Source: Octopus sinensis (Eukaryota). Taken from it: 64,000 nt of DNA. Made by a program: the position numbers and the translations under genes. The stretch is from the NCBI RefSeq assembly GCF_006345805.1, contig NC_043000.1, positions 97,774,001-97,838,000 of the forward strand. Direction: 5' to 3'. The notes under the pieces were generated by a model that worked only from the letters and a program-made list of their open reading frames with translations, ran no database searches and was not told the origin of the DNA. Numbering within the stretch: the stretch's first letter is position 1; each line of letters opens with the position of its first letter. Positions 25,453-37,900 of this stretch are shown here, in pieces.

Positions 25453-28176
25453 TAGTACACACACTACACATGAAAGGCTTCTTCAATTTCTGTCTACCTA
25501 ATCCATTTCCAAGTTTGATGGTTGGGTCTGTCTAGTCTACTTAATTGATCCCAGTCCAATATTTTAAGGTAGGTAGAAAGTGACTTAAAACAAATTTAGC
25601 TCCTTTTTCTTGCAGGTCAAGTAAATGTGTAGTGTATAGAAGTTACCTAAAAGGCTTGTATAAGCTAAATGTGATAAAAATAAAAAGTTTCAGAATGTTG
25701 ACCCCCACCTCCATCTTTCAAGTTTCATTTTGCAAAATATTTTGAGTAGTGTAGCTGTTATTTATTATCAGATGGTGAGGGCACACCTGAGACGGAGCTC
25801 AAAACCTTCCAAGATATTAATATGCAACAAATGCTTTTAGGAAAGCATTATCATAACTTCCCCCAAATACCTTAGACTGTATGGCTACCTTGCTTGCATA
25901 GCAACCATACAGACAATGGAAAAGCTCAAGTGTACTTCCAATCTGCAGTGGATGTACTACTCTATTTTAAGGAATGTAGAAAGTAAATTGAACTTGTTGC
26001 CCATTTTTATAAGATTAAACAGCTAATATGAATTTAGACTTACACTGAAATGAAACAGGCAGATATATAAAGATATATAAGAGAGAATAAAAATGTGAGA
26101 ACGGACCTGGTGAAACCCAATCTATATATCCTAACTGATGATTCAGTCTAATGAACACTACACCATAGTTCTCAATAGAATCCCCACCCCAACTTTAGCA
26201 ACTTTATACAAACACATGTCAAAATTCTTATACTAAGGTATCAACAAAGAGATATAGGTTTCGATTTAAATGTTTACTATCCCATATCAGATTTACTTTT
26301 GCTGCAGAGTCACACATGTTGGTTTATTTTTAAAATTTAGTTGAAGGAAGGCTGGAGCTTATTACACTTGCAGGTCCTCCAAGATGGGTAATATTTCTGT
26401 GGTTGATGCTAAACTTGACCATCCACAGGTTGAAAAATGTGTGCCGATGTGCAATTCCTCTATTTGTCATCTGAAGGACAATGAGGGTGAAACATTTGCT
26501 TCAAATGAATAAACTATTTTTATCTCATTTGTATACCAATTCTTTACGTGGGTGATGTGCGTGTGTGTGTACATGACATTATTATCATCACTGTTTTACA
26601 TATGCTTTTTTCATGCTGACATGAGTTAGATGGGGATCGTCAGTCAGTATTTTACAGCTTGATGCACTTTTTAGATGCCAATCTTTACTTGTTTTCAAGC
26701 AAGTAACTTTATCCCACATCTTCAAAAACCCTCACGTAGACATGTACACTATGAGATTTCCAGTAGACTGCGGTTTGGAGTAGAGTGAATTGAATAAAGT
26801 ATTTACAGCAAAATTTAGAGGATGAGGCACAGTTGGATTGAAAATAGAAAGAAAAAAAAAGAGCCAGTACACTAGGTAGGTTTTAGAGTCAAGTGTAAAG
26901 CATACTTTTTACTCCCATTATATGATATTAGAGTAGAACCAACTAGTGATTAATTTACTTTTATAAATAAATTAAACCCAGGAAAGATTAATAAGTAACA
27001 TGGAAATTATAGTCATACATGTATGTAGTCAAAAATATTTTAGGGGCTGGCGTATATTTCAATGTTGTTCAGCTTCCAGCCATAACTAATTCCACTTCTA
27101 TTTTTATTTGAAGGGGACTTGGTTGCTATTTCTAGAATGTCATGATTATGTGGAAGGTTCCATACTTGTTCTTAGACTGCTTAATTATATTTGGAGAGTA
27201 AATACAATGATGGCTTGTGTTAATGTTTATACACAAGTTATTTAGATATTTTTTACATGAAACTACTTTTACTAAACTGAATAGCTTTAATGTAAGGAAT
27301 AGAATATGTTTTCTTTCAAAGATAATGCTTAACAAAAGTGGTTGCTAATCAAATCTTGATGTACTGTGAATATTTTTACTTACTGAAAAATCCATGTAAT
27401 TTGTGCACCCGTGTAATTTACACGGGTGATTTTCAGGTTAAAAAAAAAAAAAGCTTCTACTCATGTAAAATTCGCACCCAAAAGTTTCCATAATTGCCGA
27501 TATGGCCAAGGGAAAAAGGTTTTCAATTTAGTTGTATTTAGCATAATTTTACTAATGACTAAATTTTATTAAATTTTCATGAAATAAAAATAATTTCTGT
27601 TTAACAAGTAGAAAGCTATTAAATTACAAAGTACTTGTGTTGTTTATAATAAATTTTACATTTCTTGCCCACAAGAGATTATGTCTGATCTTTAGCATAC
27701 TTTTGTATGTCTTCTCAAATCACAATCAAAGGAAAAGTTGATAATTCTTACCAACTAAAACAAAGCTGATAAATACGAACGTGTTGCAAGACAAGTTTAA
27801 TTACCAATAAACATTAGCTTGGATGACACTTTACTCAACCGACAGAGCAAGGTGACCAACCAAACTGATTATGTAAACAGAATTCTGATTAGTCGAAAGT
27901 GTCTTCTTGTCTCAAGCTCTGACTTTCTGCCTATTCTTGTCAGAACCTTTGATATGGACTATCAAAATTTTAATCCCTTTCACACTTATAAAATGTCAAG
28001 CAAACTTGAAAATTTGTCATAACTGTTTTTAGCTGGGAGACCAAACTGATAGTCTGGTAACCCACTAAAATTGACATTAAAAATTGAAAGGAGAAAATAA
28101 ACAGCTTTGCAAGTTTAACTCGGTGTTTACTGAACAAGGGAGGTGAGAAATTTAAGAAGCAACGTCTGTGAGGAGA

Positions 28177-28220
28177 CATCATCATCATTTAACGTCCGCT
28201 TTCCATGCTAGCATGGGTTA
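28177..28220 (-). mobile_element. About 45-bp extreme 3' end of the RTE LINE (severely 5'-truncated insertion)
   Basis: catcatcatcatttaacgtccgctttccatgctagcatgggtt is the reverse complement of the tail at about 25403-25445. Confidence 0.8.
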
Positions 28221-28628
28221 GAATAGCAAAAATCTACTATACCAAAAGAACTGGTAATACATGCATTGCAAGCATTCTATAAAGAGAACATGAGATTGCT
28301 GCATAATTCAAAATGAATGTGAAATGACATTAAACATCATATAAGGTAAATGAAGGTTTCTGTAGGAACCCTAAGTCATATTCACTTATTGAGTTTACAT
28401 GCACAAGGATGAATTATGTTGTTGTCGGTGTTAGATGCAGTAAGAGCTGGTAGCAGCGATGTTGGATATGATGAATTTCATTGTCCTAAAGTGAAGAAAG
28501 CGAACAATAGCTTCCTGGAGAAAAACTGATCTATTTGAGGAAATTGTTGGACTCCATTGCGATAGGTAGAAACTCCAAGCAATGTAAAATATGGCCCGGA
28601 ATGTGATTACCAGCATAAATGTCAAACT

Positions 28629-28915
28629 GGTGAAGGTAAAGGACATGGACTGTGCTGCCTCCTGGTTATTTTTTTTTTGTTTTTTTTTTTCTCTACGGAA
28701 ACCCACTTTTGCAACTTCAGAAATTCTGAATCTCCAAAAAAAAATTGGCATTTCAAAATTTTAACCGCACCCCTCAATTTTTCACTTTTTTCAGAATTTT
28801 TTTTTGGGGTGGGGGGTGAAATATGTAGAAAAATACAGAGATTATGATTCTGAAAAAATTTTTTGTAAAAAAAAATAACTGAAATGGGGTGTGGTCCAAG
28901 TCCTTTACCCCCACC
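28629..28915. mobile_element. Mutator (MULE)-like MITE
   Basis: Perfect 9-bp TSD tgtcaaact (28620-28628 and 28916-28924); TIRs ggtgaaggtaaaggacatggac / gtccaagtcctttacccccacc. Confidence 0.8.
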
Positions 28916-31900
28916 TGTCAAACTTCAAAAAGTAGTTAACCATTTAATGATTTTAGTAAATTTATGCAGAAAAGTAAGCATTATACCGTCCAGCATAAAT
29001 AAAAGTCAACTTCAGTATATTTTTTCTGTAAAAACCTATCCTGACATTAAAGGAGTCAACTTCTGATATGAATGCTTACATTTGTACATCATTTTGTAAC
29101 AAAAAAAAATTTCTAAAATAAATTCTGGAAATGATCTACTCATGTAATTTATGTGCCCCCTAAAGTATATTTTTGCTTTTGCAAAAAAAGTGCAAAAATT
29201 ACACGGGTTTTTACGTAGTTAAATTATCATAGTTTACACTTCCTCAAGTGTTTTAAAAATTGGGATTGAATAATTCAAGAAATTTTAGCTTTTAATGTAT
29301 GCATACACTCAGAAAAGAGGTTCTGTGATGATGATTAGGTATGTATATAAATGTGTGTTTGTATTCTCCCCATGACAAGTGTGTGCACTAATTGAAAAAA
29401 AAAAAAAAAAAAAAGCCTCACTGTTAATACAAATAGTGCCATTTGTTTGTAGTCCACTGGAAAAAGCATATCTGGGCTTAATGACATGCCTTGATATGCT
29501 GTGTGCTGATTGTAAACAAAACTCTCATTGCTCATACAAAGTGTTGCTTGTTTGCAGTCCTCTATGGAAGCATGTTTAGAATGTTTGTTGGTCAGTACAC
29601 TGAATATTACCTTGCTTGGAAACAAATGAGGGTTGGCATCAGGAAGGACATCTAGCAGTAGAAAACTACCTCAATATAGTGTTGTAATGATGATTATCCA
29701 CACACAATCCCTTCATAGTGAATCTCTGAGATATGTCAGCATTCATATATTACGCATATTTTCGGTTTATCCACTTATCCTGTTGTATTTCACTGAAAAG
29801 TATATAACACCTCCCTTACTCCACTGATTGCTGTGCATGTAGCACATGTTTAAGAGCTCAATGTCTGGTATACATCTTTCAATAATTGACTTTCTTGGCT
29901 GGAGGTAAGGAAAAGTAAGTTTATGCTAAAATAAGACAATGGAATGGAAGAAACCAAGTCTCTCCAAGATGCAACAAGTACAATCTATCTAAGAGATTCT
30001 ATCTAACTCTGAAAAAAAAAAATCAGATACAGGATAGAAGAGACTTTACTCCAGCTACAGTTGTCTGTTACTGCTGGTGGCATGATAAAATGTCATAAGC
30101 TTATACTGAAAACTGGCAGGTGATAGGAAGGGTAATCAGCTGGTGGTTTTCTGTTATACATATCAGATGATGAAGAACTGTGACAGGTGGTGAAACCCAC
30201 ACAAGCATGGTAAAAAAAAATCAGATATATGACAAAGACGATAATATTACTAGAAAAAAATTGTTTAAATAAGTAATGATTTTTAAATATACAGGGAAAT
30301 CTCTGCTTGGAATTTTCATAGAAAAAAAAAAAAGTAATAAATTTTTTTCTAACACTTACACAAAATCTTTCGACAAAATAGATTCACCAACAGGGGAGAT
30401 TTGTCAAAAGAAAGTAAAAAAAAAAACAAAAACTTTTTTTAATGTTTATGCCAATCATAAAATCTCAAATTCCCTGTATACGTTAAATAACCAGTCAAAA
30501 GCTAACTAGAGTGATTTTTTATCTACAACATATACTGCCAAATGTTTTATTTCATTATTTGTCCTTAAAGCTCTCTTGAATAAAGCCATACAAATTGACT
30601 GTTTAATTCTTTTCAAATGAATGAAGTACTAAATTAAATTAAGTGCAGTTAGGGTAAGATGGAGTGAGTATTCAAATTTATTTTAGTATCATTGTGAAAT
30701 AATCTTCTGAATTATTTTTTCTCAGTTATCATCTGTTTAGTAGCATGGCTGTGTGGATAAGAAGTTAATTTTGTAATCATGTGATTCTTGGTTAGATTCA
30801 ACTAAACCTTGCAAATGAAAGTGGATAGATAGTTTGGAAGCTCAGTGGCTGGGCTGTTGTATCAAGTATATAGTTGTGAGGAAAATACCACAGGGAAATG
30901 CTTTGCAAATTAAATACAAAAACATGGAGGTCTTATATATAATGGAGTAGGTTGAAAAACTCAACTGATCAAGCAAAGGGGAAAACTCTAATAAGCTCAG
31001 ATGAATGAAATTTCTTGGAAATTAAGACAATGCAGACTGGTGTGGATCTACATTCAACTCTCAATACCAACCTATCAAAGACTACATATATGCAAGTGTT
31101 ACTTTTAAATTAAAATCTCTCAAACTAAAACATTGTTACATGAATGATAATATGAGACTTCAGATGGCCAGAGCTAATTATCTTACTAAATCCTTAAACA
31201 TCTTCATATTGAAAAATCAACCGTAACATTTGGACAATCTAGTTATTAAAATCATTACCACAAAAGGAACCAACTGTTGAAAGCAAGATATGTTTCTATG
31301 CTATCAAATCTCCTCAGCAAAACATATTGACAAGATTTTAAACACCTCTCATATACCCTGCTATCATAAAACAGTTAAATATGGAAAAATATTAAAAAAC
31401 AAAACAAAAAGGGCATTACCCCCACCCCCAGAATGTATGAAAGGTCACTTGTCATAGATTATAGAAATAAAGAAATATATCAGACAACAGAGGAGCCTCT
31501 AGAAACATGTCTACTGTCTTGAAAAATGCACACAGAGTTGAGAGTATGGTCCTATATACATGAGCACTAGGTCTTGAGAAAAAAAAAAAGACACAAATGG
31601 TTATGGCTGGAACATCTTTGATGATAAGTATGCTCAGCTATGGCTAAGTTGAGGCTGTACAACATTCTTTTCTGTCTCTAACTGAATTTGGTTTGTTTTT
31701 CCAGAGAAACTGAGGTCACATGAATAGATGAAAGCATTACAATTGTCATTTGAAAGAAGTATCCCCTGACTGAGAACAGATATTGCTGGTTGGGGATAAC
31801 AGAAACCTTGCAGTAATACCATTAAGATGCCCAAAATCTTGATGCATTGCATACAACTACAGCAACACAATGCTGGTTTCTTCCTCCCTTTTTACTATCA

Positions 31901-34900
31901 GACCCTACTATCAGCCAAACAGACCCTACTTTTTCTTGAATAAACCATAAAATTAAGGTTACTACTAACTCAACTACTGTGAAATTAATAAGAAGCAATT
32001 TTTAAATCAAAAATATAATTATCAATAATTTGACAACAAAAAATAACCCGAGTCAATGAAAGAATCTGTATAGATCTCTCAACTGGCTAAAAATAACAAC
32101 AAAATCTCTCAAATCACACCAAGATACAATATATTTGAATAAAAGAGGAGAGGTTTGTCAGACAAAATGCCTTTTATTACACATAGGTCTGTTTGATCAT
32201 TGCTGATCTGGGGCTAAACAACATCAGCTGTTGTCACCTCCTCTCACATTCTCAATTATTTTTTAAAAAGTTCAGCATTGGCAATAAAATAAAATGACAA
32301 TACAACAAATAAACAAATTAATACTTATATTAATAAGTCTCAGCATACTTAATGCCATGGTGCATTAAAACCCAATTAGATATAAATATGTATTAGAAAA
32401 GAAGCAAAATAAAAAAAAGGAATGTTACAATAACTGGTGTTTTATAAAAAAAATAAAGAATTGAACCTATTTTAGCTCCTTTATCAAAGTAACTTTTTCA
32501 TAGCTTACCAAATTAATAGTAAATAAATTGCTAAGTAAATATAGCAGAAATACATATTTGTTGTTTATGCATAATCTCATAGCTTTGAGATTATGACAAT
32601 GTGATTGCTTACTTTTTAGAATGACAATGCAGGGTAGGTATGAGAGGCTGGATCTGGTTAGTTTGAACATAAAACAGGTAGAATATTTGGGCTAGATATG
32701 CCTAAAGAGTTAAACCTTTTTATGAATATATTTTAATGATACCCACTGCTTCAGTATGCTTCAAAAAATTTTGAGAAAAAACAAAACAAGAATTTGAGTT
32801 CATTTAGGAAAAAAAGAACTTCAATATTATACTGTTGTTTGGAACAAGAACAAACAAAATTGTTCCAAATCAAAATTATCGAGGAAGGTTTTCAATTAAA
32901 TATGAACAATTTGACATTGAAAGTTTTCTATAAGCAGAGACATCACAGACAAGTTGGTATCAACAGGGTTAATGGTTAACAACAATTTCCACTCAATGTT
33001 GTTTCCCGACTTCCCTATAATGTGTCCTTTTCATAGAAACCAGCTATCTTATGGTTGCATTCACTGTTAATAGAATGGAAGGTGAGTGGCAAAATAAAAG
33101 ATTTTCAATTATAGGTGAGATTTTGATTAAATAATAATAATAAATCCTTTTTAAAGTTATGAACATTAACGGAATATGGAAGAGAGAAACGTCCAAAAAG
33201 TAAAAAATTCAAATATATAGATTGTGTTCATAGCATATGAAGATACATAAAAAAAAATACACAGGTAGGTGTGTGTGTATATATATAGTAATAGATAAGT
33301 ATAATCCAGGTATCCAAATGTAGGAAGTTAGCAGGCTTCAAGCATGGATGAAGCTAGTATGTATGTATGAGTGACTGTGTGTGTGTGTGTATGTGTGTTT
33401 ATTTATTTATTTATTATACAGACAATGACATAATAATATAATAAAGAGAGAAATAAGGCATCTTTAGTTGTAGTTAAGGTGTTATATTAGTTTGGTGGTG
33501 GTGGCAAGTGAGTGGAAGTAGTGGCAGTGATATGAAAAAAATTCCCACAAAAGTACATCAGGAAATCATGAGAAAACCAATAATAGTAGCGAGGTGGGGA
33601 AACAAGACAGTAGGGAAACTGAGACAAAGAGAGAAAAAAACATGGCACCGAAGAGAGAGAGAGAAAACCAACTAATAAGCAACCAAAAGAAAGGATTGAA
33701 GCAGAGAGAAGCAACCAAAACAAAAGAAAAAAACCCCAAAGGGGTGGGGGTGGTGGCCAGAGTGAAATGGGAACAGAAGCAGGGGAAAACAGACTGAGAA
33801 GCATGTCAGCCAGAGAGAAAGAGACAGACAGACAGACAGACAGATAGAGAGTATCAAAAGGAAATAGAATAGGAAGCAGGAGAGGAGAGAAATAGATAGG
33901 AGAGAGATAGGCCAAGGTAATTAGAAGATAAGAAAAGCTCATGTGCATTATACATGCGTGCGTGCACACACACACATGCACCATATTCTTTTACCGTTTT
34001 CAATCAGTGAACTGTGGTCATGCTGGGGCACTACCTTTAAGGGTTTCAGTCATCATATTGACTTCAAAATTTATTTCTATGTGATACTTTTATCAGTTTC
34101 TGTTTGTCTATATTGATAAGTTATGGGATATAATAGGATGCACATCTGAAAAAAGGACCCAGTACAATTATTCTCTCTCTCTATCTCTGTACACAACACA
34201 CAGGAACCCGACAGGTTACAAACTTTATTGTAACACAGTTACACAATATATAGACATGTACACATACAAACAATAGATATTTCATATATACATTACCTAT
34301 AAGTATCACACACACACCATTTACACATGCTTATAATTTATTAACCTCTGGAAACAAAATTCCTGACTAATGAATGACACAAGTCAGTGATTATTTATTT
34401 TTTACATTATTATAATAATGCTACAATTTTATAATTGAGGGTCATAGGAAACTGGTTCAACTATGGTATAAAGATGGTGCTTGTATAATTGACCTCCAGA
34501 GATTAACACCAAAGCATTCCTTGATAAAATTCAATGTCTGGCTTGAACATAGACATATAAAATAATGGAAAACATTTAGTCTAGCACTATAATAACTTAA
34601 GAACTGTTCAAGGCCAGAAATTTTCAGAAATAGTCAATTATATCAATCCCACAATTCAACTGGCTCTTTATGTTACTGAAAGATGGAAGTCAAAATTAAC
34701 CATGGTAGGATTTGATTGCAAAACACACAGGGATATTACAAAATACTGCAGAAATTCTATCTGCAACTCTACCAATTCTGCTTATACTATGATTTTACCA
34801 TACCAATAATGATAACCATTAAACATCATTACAAGAATTATAATTCTGATAGACAACACAAGGTCAATTTCATGAAAGGAAGAGTTTATAATTCCAGATT

Positions 34901-37900
34901 GATTTAATTATTCTATCTAATTCATCTCCAACTTTTAAAAAAGCATTGCAGTCTAATTCAAATTCAAAAGTCATTTTTAAAACATGGACATTAAACGATG
35001 ATGATGTCCAATCCATGCCAACATGAAACATGGATGTTAAATGAATATGGTAACAATGATGATTTTCAGAGTTGATTAAGGCAATTGGACATGTTTCACA
35101 CTCAATACCTTCTATTTTAGCATAAATAAATAACTGTTCTATGTAGAGCCTCCATTGGTTAGGGTTGACCATGTTATCTGCACATGAATGCACACGTCTG
35201 GGCAAAGTATTCGAGCCCATGCATACAAGTCTCTTTCTCCACACCATCGATGTTGTTCAAGAGAATGGCTGCCACCTTAGGCCAATACAGGTTGGCACCA
35301 GTGCTGTAATTGTCAGAACACAAAGAGCTAGAAAAGATACTGCAAAGCATCTATTCCATTTGATGCTAAGACTTTTACCAACCTACTGCCTTAGATTTTT
35401 TTTTGTTTTTAATCAACCACAAAAGGATGAAAGACTTTGGCAAGATTTAGACTTAGAGAGCAGTACATTGTAACACATACTGAATGTTATTCTAACTTTA
35501 TAGAACTTTACTGCAATTAAATAAACATTTGTAACATCAGATTTAACAGATATTATTACCAGGAATGTGATAAGTGGATCCATAGGATGCAATCTTTGCT
35601 AATACTGTTTCTTATATAGGATCAGCAGGTGTTGTTTAACTTGAGTCAATATTTATACTGCCATTATTTTTGCTTTTGTTGTAGGATTGCTGGTTCAAGA
35701 GAACACAAGATAGAAGGTTTTTCAATATTTAGTCTCCTCTTTATATTCTTAGTTCAGATTAAGTCATGGTTCAAATTTGCCTTTCCATCTTTCAGGTCAA
35801 TAATGGTAAGTAGTTGGAAAATAGTTGATTTAATTGATTACAGTGCTTCCCTATAAATTTGTGGTCATGTGCCAATGCAAGAAATCATTATTATTGCTCT
35901 TTCTTACATCACTTGTCACTGTGTCACACAATGGAAAACAACTATGTAATCTTTTCTCTCTCTCTTGCGATCTAGAGTGCCAATGACCTTCTCAGGTCTG
36001 CTGAGATCAATACGGTTAATGTCTGGCTTGAACATCTGTGAGTTGATGTCTGCAGGGAAAAAAATGTGGGTGGGAAAGAAATTCCATATAACCGGATTTA
36101 TTAATCATATAAATCAACCATCATCTAGAATACTATTTTGGATTTCTCAATGGGAGACTAGGAGACATGGATAACTTGTGTTTTATCTGGAATACCATAA
36201 CTGATATAAGAGCTGGAACATCTGCCGTATCACTAGTGAAATGTCTTAAAATTCGATGTGGAAAACAGCTGGTGGATGACCTATATCTGGTAAAGCTTCT
36301 AAAATTCATCATCTATTTGTTCCTACCACCAAGGTAAAGTTATATTTAGTACTTATCTTCCATCATCATTTTTCCATCCTCATTCCTCAAATTTTAGTTG
36401 AAGGAAGCGTAGACATAAATGTTTTTCACCTAAAGCAGGCTGTATTTCATGCAACATTACTAAACTATTTTACAGTTGCCCTGATGACTGGATCGTACCA
36501 GACCCTTTTAATCTTAACTGATGTGGAATTATCTAATGGTACATAAAATTATCAAAAATCATAATGAATGTTAGCAAAAGACAAAAGGTTTACAATCAAA
36601 TAATCTAAATATTTCCACATACTCAACTGCCTTTAGAACTAATACAAACTGTAATAAATAAAAGATAACTATCATACTAGAATTGACAATTATTTGAGAT
36701 AATTATTTTGGTGGAGAAATAAGGTAGTCTTTTCTGGTGAAATGACTTATTTCATCTTTATTGCATATCAACATATTTTGTTTCCAATCTGATACATGCT
36801 AACAAACCCTATCAACAGGATACCAATTTTAGTGATTATCTGTTTTTCAAACCAATGAGGGAAGGAAAGTAAGGAGTCAATTGACCTACTAAAAAAAGCA
36901 GTTAAACCTTTCCCCATTATCTTAAACAAAGGACATATTATATGATATTGCCTAAGATAACACTTAAGCTATAGGATATTCATGATTAGAATGTCTTTGA
37001 ATCGTAGGTTTGCTCAAGCAAGGTTAACCTTGGTTAAAATTAAAACACATATTTACAACAGTAAACTATCAGATAAGCTCTCACTCAGGTCTCATCAGGG
37101 AACATTAACACAAGAACTGCACCAAGACTTTATGTCTCTGCTCCAAATATAATTTCCAAAGGTCTGTCTCTTGCATTCTAGCTTGTTCAATTTTAACTGA
37201 TGCTAAGATGGTTAAGATAGAACATTTCTTTAGACCTACATGGTCACTTGACCTACAAAAACAGCAACCCTTATTGTAGTTCTGAAATCTGGTGGATGGG
37301 GAATAGATGGTTATAGTTGGAACGCCTTTGATTATAGATCTACTGGATCAGGGTTGACGTGAGACTTAAAAATAACTTAACTGCAGATGCAACTTTCAAA
37401 TTTCTTTTCTCACATGAGATTCCGCCTTGTCATTGGTAAATTTTATCTTTGCACAAAAAACAGATCTCATTTTATTTGCATAATCAAACATTTGATTTGT
37501 TCTGTAAAATACTGAATATGTGATCTTTACAAGCAGAGAGATTTGTTTACCCACCTGAAAAAGTTAAATCCTTTATCTCCTGTATAAACAAACTATGTGT
37601 CATTGTCTATCTACATTCATCAAATAACCAATAGCATAATATCCTACCTACATCATAGCTCATTACTGGAATACATATAATATAGCAAGCAAACATGCCT
37701 AGGTAACTTGCTTCTGAGTATCATAGAACCTAACTGTGTGTAGTTAAATTCAGAACATTTCAAAAACAAAAATCAATACATTGCTGAAAGTAACCAAAGC
37801 ATTCAGACATTAGCAGTAATACATCACCATCCACAGTCATTATACTTGCAAAGATTTCAGTTTACTTCTTTGGTATCAATTTTCATTTAGTTAGAAGGAT

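Larger units (their letters stand above)
27383..29215. mobile_element. Non-autonomous pogo/Tc2-like DNA transposon carrying nested insertions
   Basis: TA-ctgaaaaatccatgtaatttgtgcac ... gtgcaaaaattacacgggtttttacg-TA; subterminal repeats of the TIR motif at both ends (ctactcatgtaa near 27457 and 29136). Confidence 0.55.

Noticed and set aside
36478-36510. CTGATGA followed by a ctgg/ccag stem (hammerhead-like)
   Set aside because: The stem is followed by accc rather than GAAA; no stems I or III.
36623-36648. 26-nt minus-strand segment with a good acceptor and a gtatgt donor
   Set aside because: Not frame-compatible with the phase-2 model (stop codon); such pairs are expected by chance in AT-rich introns.
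37548-37570. Possible recursive splice site tttttcAG|GTgggt on the minus strand
   Set aside because: Short pyrimidine tract and non-consensus donor; not supportable without saw-tooth RNA-seq coverage.
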